Source: Adineta vaga
Taxonomy: Eukaryota; Animalia; Rotifera
Assembly: GCA_021613535.1 (NCBI GenBank)
Contig: CP075494.1
Span: 6,324,001 to 6,388,000 of the forward strand
DNA: 64,000 bases
Direction: 5' to 3'
Part shown: one piece after another, positions 1 through 16,213 of the stretch
Layout of the letters: each line of letters starts with the position of its first letter
Numbering within the stretch: position 1 is the stretch's first letter
The notes under the pieces: generated by a model
Seen by the model: the letters and a program-made list of their open reading frames with translations, nothing else
Told to the model about the DNA's origin: nothing
Databases searched by the model: none
Program-made: the position numbers and the translations under genes

Positions 1-509
1 TTCATCACCATGTTCTTTAGTAATATCTTCGATTTGATCGAAAATTTTACCAAGAAAAGGTGCCGAACCAGGAATTAAAGTAGCACTAGCTGATCGTAAA
101 TATTTCAATGTTTCAGTTGAATCACCAGCTTTGTCTTTAATTTTTTCTTTTAATTCTTGTGCTTTCTTTGCACCTTGCTGAGCTGTACTTACAACTTGAC
201 GAGTACCACTAAAATGATACCATGCAAAGCCTAAGAAAATAATCAAAGTATTGAAATCATATTTAAATGAATTCTTTACCTCCAAGTAGAACAGTAAGAC
301 CACCAGCAATTCCGGCTGTAAGATTTGATCCTGATCCTTGTCCTGCTTGATTAGCAGAAGCTTGTGATGATTGCTAAAAAAAGAAATCGATCAAAATAAA
401 TGTACGATAAAGAAGGATGGCTTACCCAACGATAAGGCGCAACTGATCGAATAGTTGGATTGACACGAGTTGCTCGTATAATAGTACTGAGTGCAATACG
501 ATTCATCAT
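1..509 (-). CDS. Partial gene (runs off the window start): mitochondrial-presequence, single-TM, helical protein resembling a fungal 'WYHFSG' apolipoprotein/LEA-like family
   Basis: Hand splice (introns ~374-425 and ~231-279): MMNRIALSTIIRATRVNPTIRSVAPYRW|QSSQASANQAGQGSGSNLTAGIAGGLTVLLG|GFAWYHFSGTRQVVSTAQQGAKKAQELKEKIKDKAGDSTETLKYLRSASATLIPGSAPFLGKIFDQIEDITKEHGDE. Arg-rich, acid-free N-terminus followed by a Gly-rich TM segment. Confidence 0.7.
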
Positions 510-1707
510 TGTTAATTAGAAAGAAAAGACGTTTAGATAGATATAAGAAATATACAAGGTATGCTTTTGAATGAGAAAAAGAATGGTAAATATTTGATTT
601 TGAGAATAGAAGCCTCCGTTGTGAAAGAAAAAATCATTGATTGGTAGATTGATCGACCAATTCATTCGTAGAAATAAATGAATGAATGAAACGATCGATC
701 GATACCATAAACGTCAAAAACTCTAGTTAGTCTCTGTACTTTACGTACGTGCGGACAAACAAACAATTTATCCTTACAAGACTCTTCTCTATGAATAAGA
801 GAATTCAATAAAAGAAGCATTTAAAAAAATAACCTACTCTTTTCCTTTTATTTTCATCAAATATTTTATGTTCATTAGATCTCTCATCTCATCGATGGAT
901 TTTATTCTTTCAAATATTCTCTCATAAACTTTATATACTCAATTTGAATCATTTAATACTATTATAAAATAGTAATGGAAACTTAATGTACATCGTTTTC
1001 TAGTTACTGAGAATGAAGACTCTGTTGATCACCATCGTTTTGTCCATTATTACGATTATCTAATAGTTCTGTAACTGTTAGTTCACTGATTTTGAATCTA
1101 TGAGACGAAAAATGGAATATAAGATTAACGAATATTTATTTCGAATTAGCACATCCACGTTTTTTATTATCTCTAGTAACTTTATCTGCACTAGCCCAGA
1201 ACCTTTTGATTTTATGTTGATCATCATCCCTCGGCAAACGCATACAATGCTCTATTTGTATTCTTTCTAAAGTTAAAAAGGAAACGAACCCATTTCCGAC
1301 TGAAATTGGGAGTCTAAAGCATACGTTCTACTAAAAAAGATAAACAGTCAAACAAAAGCTATCGATATAAGATATATTAAGTTAATCTCACATTTATTTC
1401 ACTAAGTCGTCTTATTACATCAAATACGTCTTTAGACCTGTTTGTGAAGAATACATGAGTTAGACGGCGCTTATTTTTAACATACGATTGATTCACAGAT
1501 AAAATCTTCGAAATAGAAATTATTCGATACTTGATTGAAATTATGAAAAAAACGTTTGTATAACTGATAACATATTTACGTGTGTAAATTGATGAAATTT
1601 ATTTTTGCTACATTTGATTTTAGTTTGTAAAAAAAAGAAAGCAAATACATAATCGTATATAGAAACTACATAAAAACAGTTTAAAAAATTGTCTGCTTTT
1701 TTTCTCT

Positions 1708-2583
1708 TTATATATCATCCCAAGTTAATGGAATTTTTTTTTCGGTTGATCGATTCGTATGTGAATTATTCAAATCATCCCATGTTAATGGTATAACACC
1801 TTCAATTATCTTGATTGAATCAGCTGCACTATTTTCTGATATTAATCGACAAAATTGTGATAATTTTACAGGATCAATTGAAATTCCATTGATTTCAATT
1901 GTTAAATCAAAACGTGTTTTATAATGACTTCGAAATAGAAAGGATGATTCATGTTCACAAGATAAATGAGCATAAACATATGCATGAATATTCATTTTTA
2001 CTAATGGTTCATCGATTATATATGTATTATTGAATCGAACAATAGTTGATGAATTTTGATGATTTCTACCCCAATTTGGACATTGATCAAGACATTTCGT
2101 CGATATTTCTTTAGCAAGTTTGCCCGGTGTAATTTCAGTTATATTACGTTCACGAAACATTTTTTTAATTGCATCACGTAAATGACTACGAAGATTACTC
2201 CACTCTCGATTATATTCAAAACCATGATTATTAAACCAAAGATCACTAGTATATGAATCTTTTTCCGATGTATATTTTGATGATGATTTTGCTCGAAGAC
2301 TAAGACTTCGTTGTGCACCTTCTGATGTATGGAATTTTTTGCTTATAGTTTCCGGAATATCTTTTGGTGTTTCTTGCCATTCTATATCATTATGATCAGA
2401 ATCAAAACGGTACGATTTAGAATGACTAAACTCACCACATTCAGCTTTTTTCGATATTGATTTTGGATCGAAATATTTCAATAATGTTCCAGGAATACGA
2501 TTAAATACTTCGACCGTTTTCGAATGAATATCTGCTGGAATAAATGGTAAAATTTCATTGATTGTACTGGAAAAGAGTGACAT
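1708..2583 (-). CDS. Intronless orphan protein (291 aa), paralogue of 3188-3823, with a duplicated C-terminal IPLTWDD(L/I) motif
   Basis: Long ORF in AT-rich DNA; shares FxRIPGTLLK, LRDxIK, STIVR, HAYVY, GxSID and LTWxDL blocks with the neighbouring ORF. Confidence 0.8.
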   Translation of the reverse strand: MSLFSSTINEILPFIPADIHSKTVEVFNRIPGTLLKYFDPKSISKKAECGEFSHSKSYRFDSDHNDIEWQETPKDIPETISKKFHTSEGAQRSLSLRAKSSSKYTSEKDSYTSDLWFNNHGFEYNREWSNLRSHLRDAIKKMFRERNITEITPGKLAKEISTKCLDQCPNWGRNHQNSSTIVRFNNTYIIDEPLVKMNIHAYVYAHLSCEHESSFLFRSHYKTRFDLTIEINGISIDPVKLSQFCRLISENSAADSIKIIEGVIPLTWDDLNNSHTNRSTEKKIPLTWDDI

Positions 2584-3187
2584 ATCTGTTGTTGTTAAAT
2601 GTTTTCTATAGCTTGTCTTCTCAATGATTTGTAATGCCTAAAAATGTATACTTTAGCATAGTCAAAAAAAAGGAAATCAATTTAGTTCCACTTACGTTGG
2701 ACGTTGCGTACGCTTTAATGATAGTATGATGATAAAAAGTAAAATTTATACATATATGTATAAAAAACAAATTGATAATATGAGGTGTTTTGTTTTTTTC
2801 TATCGTAGAGATAATGATACGAATGACTTGTTAAGGAAATCAAAACACTCGTAATAATAAAGTTGTTTTTTGATACGGTCTATGCATCGTCATTTATTAT
2901 GTCAAAACATACGATAACCTTGAAATTTGCATGTTTTCGTGCCATATTATTCGTTCATTATCAGAAAGAAAAAGGGTAAAAGGCACGAAATCAGATTGCT
3001 TTTGTACATATATATATATATAAATACATATCTCTTACCTTTTACCTTCAGAGTTACATTCAAGCCGTAAATATTATACAACTTCATCTTCAAGGACATA
3101 TTTTTGAAAAAAAACAAAATATTCATATATAACTGTTTTTGTATTTTATAGAAAAAAAACACATACATATTTTTCAAAACAATCACG

Positions 3188-3823
3188 ATGGCGTTGGCTA
3201 TGTATACTGGTAATGAATTAGTAGGTTTATTTTCTCAGGAAGTTCGGGAGAAAGGAATGGAAATATTTAGTCGCATACCTGGTACATTATTGAAATTTTT
3301 GGACGAAAAAAAAATCATCAAAAAAGTCATTTTCAAAGATGATATATTGGCAATCGGAAAAATTATGGGTACAGAAAGACAAAAAGATTTGAATAATTTT
3401 AAAAAAAGTTTACGTGATTCAATTAAAGCACGTTTTCGACAAGCAAATGTTAATGAAATTCAACCGGAAGATTTTAGTGAAGATATTACTGCACATTATC
3501 GTGATCAATCGAAAATATGGGCTAAACCAGGTGAAAAATTATCTACGATTGTTCGATATACCAAAGAATATCAAGTAAAAAATCTTCAACATTGGACTAA
3601 AGTTCATGCATATGTGTATATACATATTATTGAAGAATGTGAAAACAATTGGTTTGGGAATAATAATTATAAATTTGGATATGATTTATCAATTGAATTA
3701 AGTGGATTATCAATTGATACAGCCAAAGCATTAAAGTTCAGTCAATTAGTTGCTCAAGGAACAGTTTCAGATTCAATTCGAGCAATCGAAGCACAAACAA
3801 CATTAACATGGAACGATTTGTAA
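3188..3823 (+). CDS. Intronless orphan protein (211 aa), paralogue of 1708-2583, ending TTLTWNDL*
   Basis: Collinear motifs with the 291-aa ORF; AATAAA at ~3962. Confidence 0.8.
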   Translation: MALAMYTGNELVGLFSQEVREKGMEIFSRIPGTLLKFLDEKKIIKKVIFKDDILAIGKIMGTERQKDLNNFKKSLRDSIKARFRQANVNEIQPEDFSEDITAHYRDQSKIWAKPGEKLSTIVRYTKEYQVKNLQHWTKVHAYVYIHIIEECENNWFGNNNYKFGYDLSIELSGLSIDTAKALKFSQLVAQGTVSDSIRAIEAQTTLTWNDL

Positions 3824-4460
3824 AAAGAAACATTTTATCAAGAAACGTCTTTTATTCATGGTATTGTCTTATATATAAATTCTTCTTTTTTTTTTTACTT
3901 TCAACAGAACATTATCATTTCTTTTTCTTTTTTGTTTTATTTCATTTGTATTGCTTTGTGAAATAAAATAAAGATATTCAGTATTGAAGATAGAACATAT
4001 TAAGATTCAAAGATGAAAGAGACCAAAAACCGAAACTGTTGATGAGTAAGTTTAATCCAAATATAATTGAATTTGAATGTTATATATATATATAGAGAGA
4101 GAGATAATATTGAAGGTGTGCGTATCGATGTACATAATGATGTAAATATAAAACAGTGAATGAATCAAGAATGACGTAATGTACTCTTACATATATTCTG
4201 ACCTTATTTGAATAAAATATACTTTTGAAGATATTTGATGAATGCACATTGTACTCGACAGATTGTGTTTTTATTTAGACATTTATCTCTAGGCTGATAG
4301 GAAACTTTTTTTTCTTCAAGCGGTTGATTCTTTTGATAAATAGTAATGATTTATTTTCGTTCGTTCTTCTTTTATTTTATTGTTTTTTTATATCTTGAAA
4401 ACAACAAACAACAAAACAAAAGGCTTTTACATTGAATTTGTTGTTGTAGTTGATTGATGT

Positions 4461-5059
<599 letters not shown>

Positions 5060-5641
5060 TTGTTTGAGATGACGTCAAAAACCTAGTTGTTATCTAGAAA
5101 CAAAGTAAATGAAAATCGATTCAATTCAACTGAACTATTATACTAAAAAATAATTTCGTAAATAAAACTTTTTTTTTCTTGTTTATTTACAACATCGAAA
5201 AAAAACGAAGCAATCAAAATGTTTGATCGTATTCGAATTGGAGGTCCATATAGATGTCGCTTGAATCATATTTATTTCAATAATAACATTTGATTAGTCG
5301 AAGATTTCAATCGAAGATTATCCATTCGAACACAAAAAAATCTTTCAATCGTCGAATATTGACTTTTTAGTTTTGTTTTCTTTTTCTTTTGCTAATACTA
5401 ACAAACTTGCCTTTCTCAGGGCTTCTTATCAGTTGACTATACCAGACACTTCTATACATAATAAATTTTTTCTTTTTTTTTTCTTTCTTTCTTCTGTTTT
5501 CTTTTTCTCCCAAGAGCAAATAACCCGAATATGTAAACATAATGCTGCTCAGTACGAATATTTCAATATTTTAGATGAAGATGCTTTTTGTGATATGATG
5601 TAAATAGCATAAGATCGATTTGGTTTTGTTTGACTTAGAAC

Positions 5642-8600
5642 ATGCTACCAACAAATCAAACAACATCACGAACATTAATACCTGTTAATATTGAAACATT
5701 AGCTGGAACATCATTTGAATTACTTGTTTCACCTTTTGAACAAATACAATCAATTAAACGAAAAATTGAACGACGAGAATGCATACCAAGTTCACATCAA
5801 CATTTAGTTTTTAGATCGAATGAACTTGATGATGAATTATGTTTAAATGATTATAATATTGAAGCTGGTACAACAATTAAACTTGTTTTAGCTATGCGTG
5901 GTGGACCTGTTAATACAAAACGTGTCCCTATTGAAGATAATTTAATTCGAGATATGACAGAATATATCGAGAGTAGTCGAGATGATTGTGATTTAGTCCC
6001 ATCGTCATCATCGTCGAATAAAAATGTCACATTTCTTGTTCTACGTGATGGTGACCAATTTAATTTCTTTCAAGTTATCGATCGAGGTGATGGAACTCTC
6101 TCACCTTTATCAGGTTCAATAAGGTAAATGATTTTTATTGAAAAAAAAGAGAGATTTTCTTAAAAATCTCTTTAATAAATTATTGATTTAGTGCGGCATC
6201 AATGTATAATACTCATGAGACATTAAGTGTGGAACCTGAACCTGAATACGATCAAAAACGACGAGATGATGATCGGAAAATGAAACAAAAAATGGAATTA
6301 ATTCGATCAAAACTAAAAACACACGCACGAAAAGTAAGATATGATTTTTAATCTATTCCAATTTTGTCTTTTGAATAATCAAATAGCGAACATTAGAGAA
6401 TTGATGAATATAAGGAAATGGAGATTATTTATCGATAATCTCACGAGAATATCTTTGTCTTTGTTATTGACTTAGACTCAATGTCACACGATAGAGAACA
6501 ATGATCTTAAACTACTATTTTATCTTACTCTAAAAAAAATTATATTACCACTTTGTAATTTATCCTAACCTTTCGTTTTTATGATTTAACACTTATCTGA
6601 TTGTTCGTGTTGTTTCTTTTTTCTTTCAAGGATAGTCTTCTTCCACCTCGGCCACCTACTTCATCAAAACCAACGAAATCTAATATTCTACATCATCATC
6701 ATCATCATCGTCGTCCTTTTCCGATCGAAGCAACATCAACTATAACTACTCCAACTACTGAACATTTCTCAAGTAATTCATCAGCATTAAAACAACCTCA
6801 AACTCGATCGTTATCTTATTCATTTTCTACGAATATTTTTAATCCGTATAATTTATTATCAACATCAAATATCAATCGAACGAATCTTCTTCATGAAGAA
6901 GATAGTGAAGATGATGATGACAGTCCAGATGAAGAAGACGACGATGACGATGATGATGATGATCAAAAACTTTCTACACAAAAAATTTTCGGTGGAAGAT
7001 CATTTTCATCATCTATTTATTATCAACGAAAACATCATCATCATCATCACCACCATCACCATCATCATCATACAGCTAAAAATTTATTTAGTCAAGAGAC
7101 GGCAACAACAACAACAGCAACAACAACAGATAATACAACTGGTAGTAGTAGAGTGCTAATAGATTATATTCATCGAATTTCACCAACGATACCAATTGTT
7201 TCGACATCATCACGAATGCTTTCAGCAACTAAATGTTTGAATACGTCGGATGAACCGATTAGTTCAGATGAAAAAAATGATTCCACGAATGAAATTCTCT
7301 ATCATCATTCACATACTTCTCCAATGCTAGAATTAATTGATGATGAAACAATATCTTCTACGAATATAACACGAAAACCTACGGCTGATCTTCAAAGTCG
7401 AAATGAAACATCATTAAGTAAACCTATATGGACAGATGATGATGAACAAATCAATGTTTCGGATGAATATATACCTGGTGAACGAACATCTACAAGTCAA
7501 TCAATGATATTTTGTCATCAAAATAGTTCAACAAATATAACATCAATTCCAACATTACCTCAAGTAATAAAAAAATCGACTTTACCATCAACAAGTCAAC
7601 AATTTTATCATCATCATAAACCATCAAATTCTGAACAACCGCAACTGAACAAAACAATAACACGACCATTAAGACCTCTTTCATTAGCAAAATATCGACG
7701 AATATCATCGAATGTACATTTATCAACGTCATTACAACCTCAAACATTGATCGGTGGTGCTACTTCGACGAATTCTTCCAATGAATTAATTAATAATAAC
7801 AGCCATGGACTTGGAATTAATAGAAATAATAGTACAGATTCTTTCAATGAACATTTAATGCTTAATAAACGAATTGAAATACTTAAAACACCTGGTAAAC
7901 AACAACCAACTGCTCCATCTCCTTCTTCATTGTCCAACACCAATCTCTCTCCTGCATCGTTACCGCCACCACCTCCTCCTCCTTCAAAACGACATTTTGC
8001 TCAACAAGATATCAAGCCTACAACTACAATCCCTCCGATAACAACATCAATACCACCCTCAAGATCTTCATCTCTTATACCAATCGACAATACAAAAGTC
8101 ACCATTGGTAATTAAGTTTAATAAACGATAAGCGACAGGAGTCAATATCATTCATTTTTAGAAACTATTGGTTCAAAAACTGTATCTGCACTTCTTCGTC
8201 AAAATGCTACAATTGAACCTGTTGACACTTCACGAGGTGTTGGTAAACATCTCGTTTCATTACTTACAACTGCATCAAAAGAAACAACTTCAACTAAAAC
8301 TAGTATAGTTTTTAATGATTTAATCTTTTTCTTCTTCAATTTCTTTCTTTTAATCATAGATTATAAACAACCATCACGTGATGCAATTATTGACGAACGT
8401 TTTAAAGTAATTCAAACAAATAAATCACTTTTAAATACAAAACAAATAATGTTGAAATTTCTAGTTCGATTCAAAACTAACAAATTCTCTTTCATCGAAT
8501 ATAACAGCAACGACTAGTACTAGTAGTACTTGTAATTCAAATAGATTACCACCTGTTATTCGCAATCGAAAATCAACAGCAAAATGTTTTCTTTGTAAAA

Positions 8601-8829
8601 AGAAAACGGGATTAGCAACAACGTATCAATGCAGGTATGAAATCCGACTTGTTCGAAACTTTATTTTTACTAAATGAACGTATTTGACTTTAGATGTGGA
8701 AGTTCATTTTGTAGTGAACATCGTTATCCTGAAGCTCATGCTTGTGCATTTGATTATAAAGCGGAAGGCAAACGTTTAATCGAACGAAATAATCCATTAG
8801 TTACCGCTCCAAAATTACCGAAGATCTGA
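5642..8829 (+). CDS. ZFAND4: Ubiquitin-like domain + AN1 zinc finger protein (ZFAND4/ANUBL1), multi-exon
   Basis: N-terminal UBL IETLAGTSFELLVSPFE...LVLAMRGGPVNTKRVP; C-terminal AN1 finger CFLCKKKTGLATTYQCR|CGSSFCSEHRYPEAHACAFDYK...APKLPKI*; long low-complexity middle exon (poly-His, poly-Asp). Confidence 0.92.
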
Positions 8830-11341
8830 TTTCATTTATCGTGTTTTCTTTTTCTATTCATTACTGATATATCAAATACCTATCCCTCCGTTGACTTTTG
8901 CATATCTGTGCAACATGAGTTTTGTTTTCTTTTTCGATAATTAACCGTTTATGTGTGAGCGTGTGTGTATCTTTTCTTTTCTTCTTCTTCTTCTTCTTTC
9001 CATTAAGCTTGAGCTTATGCTTCATTTTGCTTTTTTTGTATCTATATTGAATTAAAACATATACATATATTCTTTTGCATAAGCAAAGAATGACGCGAAT
9101 GATTCGCGAGAACAGTAGCAAAAAACAAACTCCTCGTGCTGAACAGTCTCGCTCGAGGATAAAAGATACTTACACATATTTTTGTATAAAAACTCTGTAA
9201 CATCATCTTCATTCTCATTAAAAAAATGCATTTATGGTTCTGTTTCTTTTGCTTCCTTCCGGTTTCTTTTTCTAGCAACGCGTTCTTCTTTTTCTGTTTG
9301 CGTTTTCTTCTTCTTGTGCTTGCTAGTGATATTGACCAAACCAAATATGCACTCGTTTATATTATATGCGAGCAAATATATTCTGTATAATATTCACAAA
9401 TGTGTGTCTGCGAATGAAAAACTGCAGATGATAATAATGAAGAACAAAATATTAAATAAAGAAATTGTTTTTTTTATTGAACTCATCAATCGAAGTACTA
9501 TTTTTAATATTCAAATTGCATATGATCTTTTTCTAGATTGAGATCATGGTTTAAGAGCTATGCAAAGAAACGGATCTTGAGGTATTTCAATGTTGTAATT
9601 CTAAGTGTCTTGTTGTCATAACCTATAAGTCAAATACAATTGATTAGAGACATATGAAAATCTCGAGAGAAATTGAAAGTTTCTAAATCAATAAATATTT
9701 TGATGAAATGATGCATGTCCTAATATATTTTTGTCTTGTAATCATGAAGACTATATTGTTTGTCATATGTTATGTACTATGTGACTGTTGTCTATTTTGA
9801 AGTTCAAAGTATTTTGTTACATTTACAATGATACAATGAAGGTAAGAATAAAACATCAGTTATTAAACTTGGTGTATGTCTTATGTTGTATATCAATGAT
9901 TATGTACACATACCTTGATATGAATGTAATTTATTTCTAAATTGCTTGAGAGAAAGACATCATCATTGTCATTGCGGATTATCGGTTTTTACGTAAGATT
10001 TCACAGAATTCTACTGAATGCAGAAATATATATATATATATATATATATAAAAGCAACAAAAAATGAACATCTATCCGGCGAAAATGTCACACGATCGTT
10101 CTAATCATTGTAAAACACGACATAATAGAAATTAGTTTCTCGACAGAATCAGATTACATTGAAGAAAATCTATCGGATATTAACTAAATGAACACTTTAG
10201 TCGAAGAAAATCGATCGGTTTATCTAATCGACATTCCGACTTTCTTTCTAAGATGACATCAACTAACGTGTTAATCTTATTTATTTTGATTATCGAAAAT
10301 ATGATTAACATTCGACAGAAATTAGTACAAAGCTCTCGAACTTTGACCGTTTATTATCATTCAAGGTTTTATTCACTTCACAGTTTATTAAAAAAAACTG
10401 TCAATCGTATTGTTCTTAATTTTTTTTCTCTCTGATGCATAATTAATTACATTATGTCAAAAGAGATTTTCTATAAAAAAAAAAGGTGAACAATGCATTT
10501 TATTCCACCTCATAATAATCAGACTTCGCTCTGCATGACAATATTCTAGGCAAAAACAGACAGAAAAACCGTTTACGTCAAAGTGACAAAAAAAGAATTG
10601 AAACAGAGAAGAAAGAAAAAGAAATTTATAGAGGTTAAATAGCAAACTATTTGCCGGAAATAGAAGCTAAGTAAATGATGGAGTATAAGAAAAAAAAATT
10701 ACTCATTATAACAAAGGAAAAGTGTTATTTATTTTTATTTTAGATTCTATATTATCAATTATCACGATTCAATGTTAGTATGAACAGGAGAAGAGGATTC
10801 ATCGAATCAACGTGGATGTCTTGTTATTAATTAGAAAGTTTTATTCATCCTGAAGATAAGATGATAGTATTTGTAATGATTGCTGGTTTTCTATTGTTTT
10901 CAAGTTGTCTTCTTCAATAACATCGACTCTTGTCTTTCTCATATTAATTAGATATTTATATTCATGATCTTCGTCGGTACATTTTTTCTTCTCGAAAACA
11001 ATTGTATTTTCTCCCTTTCGGAGAACGATAGAATTGTGAAGTAGTAATGCTTATTAAAAAAGAGCAGAGTTACATTGATTTTTTTTCTCTCTTTCTTCCT
11101 TTTTCCGGATGTGTTTTCTTGTTCTTCATCTTCGAAACGGAGTTTTTCTCTTCCAAGACATGTTCATGAATAGTGACAGAAATTTTCTTCTTTCTTCCTC
11201 CTGCAACGTTTTTTTTTTCTTCTTCACCAAAACAACAACATGAAGATCAGTCGGACTATCATAATCCAGTAGTCTTTTTTCTATCAATAAAAACCTTATC
11301 GCATTACAAGAATAGATGAAATCCTTTTTTTTCTAGATAAA

Positions 11342-14474
<3,133 letters not shown>

Positions 14475-14913
14475 AATTTCTAAACAAAAAAATTCTTTCT
14501 TTTTTTGTCGCTCTTATCTGTTACCTTTATCAGTGTCGTTTGTTTGTGCAATAAAAAAAGTCTTCGTTCTTTTTATTTACTAATGATGTGTTATTAGTCG
14601 GGCATAGAATTTTATCGTTCGTTTCTCGTTTTTTTTTCTTCTTTCTAGTCAATTGCTTTATGTTTTGTATATGAAAAAGAAGTAAATGACATCATTTCGA
14701 TTATTACTATTCTTTTTTTTTTGTGTAAGAATTCATTCCGATTACGTACGATCGAGATTTGCCGAACACAAATAACGAAAATCTTTATCATCACTAATGT
14801 TTTTATTTATGCAATAGATTCCAGTCATATTTTCTGTAGTTGTATATCTCGTCTTTTTTTCTGTGTAGATAGATAACCTTTTTCTATCCTATTGTGTTTT
14901 TTCTTGTAGATCA

Positions 14914-15264
14914 ATGGAAAAATTTGAAATTACATTGATTATTGTAACTGTTTTTTGGGGTTTACTTGGTATTGTCTTACCATTTCTTATCCCAAAAGGA
15001 CCACATAAAAGGTAGATATTTTGAAGATTATCTTCGTTTTGAAATCCATATTTCTATTTCAGACTTATACAAATAATGCTATCGTTGACATCTGCATGTT
15101 GTTGGATGTTGTATGTTGAATATTTTCGAATTAATAATAGATTTTATTTTGTATTTTCTAGTTGGTTATGCTTTTATCTTCACCAATGGAAACCGCTCTT
15201 CGGACCACAGATTGAAAGTGGCCATGCACGAATGCTTCGTAGTATCTGGGGAGAAGAATTATAA
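14914..15264 (+). CDS. ATP6V0E: V-type proton ATPase V0 subunit e, 3 exons
   Basis: MEKFEITLIIVTVFWGLLGIVLPFLIPKGPHK...MLSLTSACCWM...WLCFYLHQWKPLFGPQ matches the subunit e pattern (FW..G...P...PKGP; CC..FW....L.Q..PLFGPQ). Confidence 0.93.
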
Positions 15265-15575
15265 TATTATTCAATAATTTTATGATATATTTTCTTTTTT
15301 ACATTTGTGTGTTTTTCTACTGTCGAATAAATACATCTTCTTTTCTTACATAACGAATAATCTGATTGCCCTCCGCCCTCTTCTACGATTAATATTATTT
15401 TCTTCATTCATTCCTCTGTCGTATATGTATATATGCTGATGGATGATAAACGTGTGTTTTTTTTACACTGGATCGTTCGTTCTTTAACTACTATCAATGA
15501 CAGGCAAAAACAAACGCATAGAAGAAATAATTTGGATTTATTTTTTTTTTCTTCTTTCACTTCTAGAATTAGAAT

Positions 15576-16213
15576 ATGAATACTAGTTTTGGTGCACCAA
15601 AACTTCTTACTTTTGTTCTTTCGCGAGAACATGGTTTAGCGGCTGGAGTAGCAATATCATCATGGGTTGTCTTGCAATATATGGGTATGGGTGTGATGAG
15701 AGCACGTAAAGAGTAAGTTTTGTATATATATATATATATTATCTAAAATAAACAAGGTTTTTGTATCTAGATTTCATGTCGAATATCCAAAATTGTATGC
15801 CAATGAATCAGATGTAAATGGAAAGAAATTCAATTGTATATATTTAGTTACCAAAAAAATGCATCTATTCAAATGATTGATATGTTTGTTTTTTATTAGG
15901 TATACAACGTGGACATCAAAATACCTTAGAAGTTTATCCAGAATTTCTTCTTATGTTAGGTTTAGGCTCAATCAAATATCCACTTGTATCATCAATTGGT
16001 GGTACAATTTGGTTACTTGGGCGAATAGTCTTTTTTCAAGTATAATTTTTACTTTTTTAAATGAAATCTCATATTTTCTATCGAGTTTTTTTTTCGAAGG
16101 GTTACTCAAGTGGACAACCTGAAAAACGTCGATATGGTTCATTTGCTTATTTCGGATTATTCACAATGATGGGTTGCGCTATCAAGTCAATTTATGATTT
16201 AATACGAGCTTGA
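15576..16213 (+). CDS. MGST3: Microsomal glutathione S-transferase 3 (MAPEG family), 4 exons
   Basis: V.RARK...VEYPKLYA...FNCIQRGHQNTLEVYPEF...GRIVF..GYSSGQPEKRRYG. Confidence 0.93.

Noticed and set aside
830-1270. Coding-like fragments on the minus strand
   Set aside because: No consistent open spliced frame or recognisable domain could be built; possible relic only.
8861-10645. Short ORFs after ZFAND4
   Set aside because: Low-complexity UTR/intergenic sequence with no recognisable protein features.
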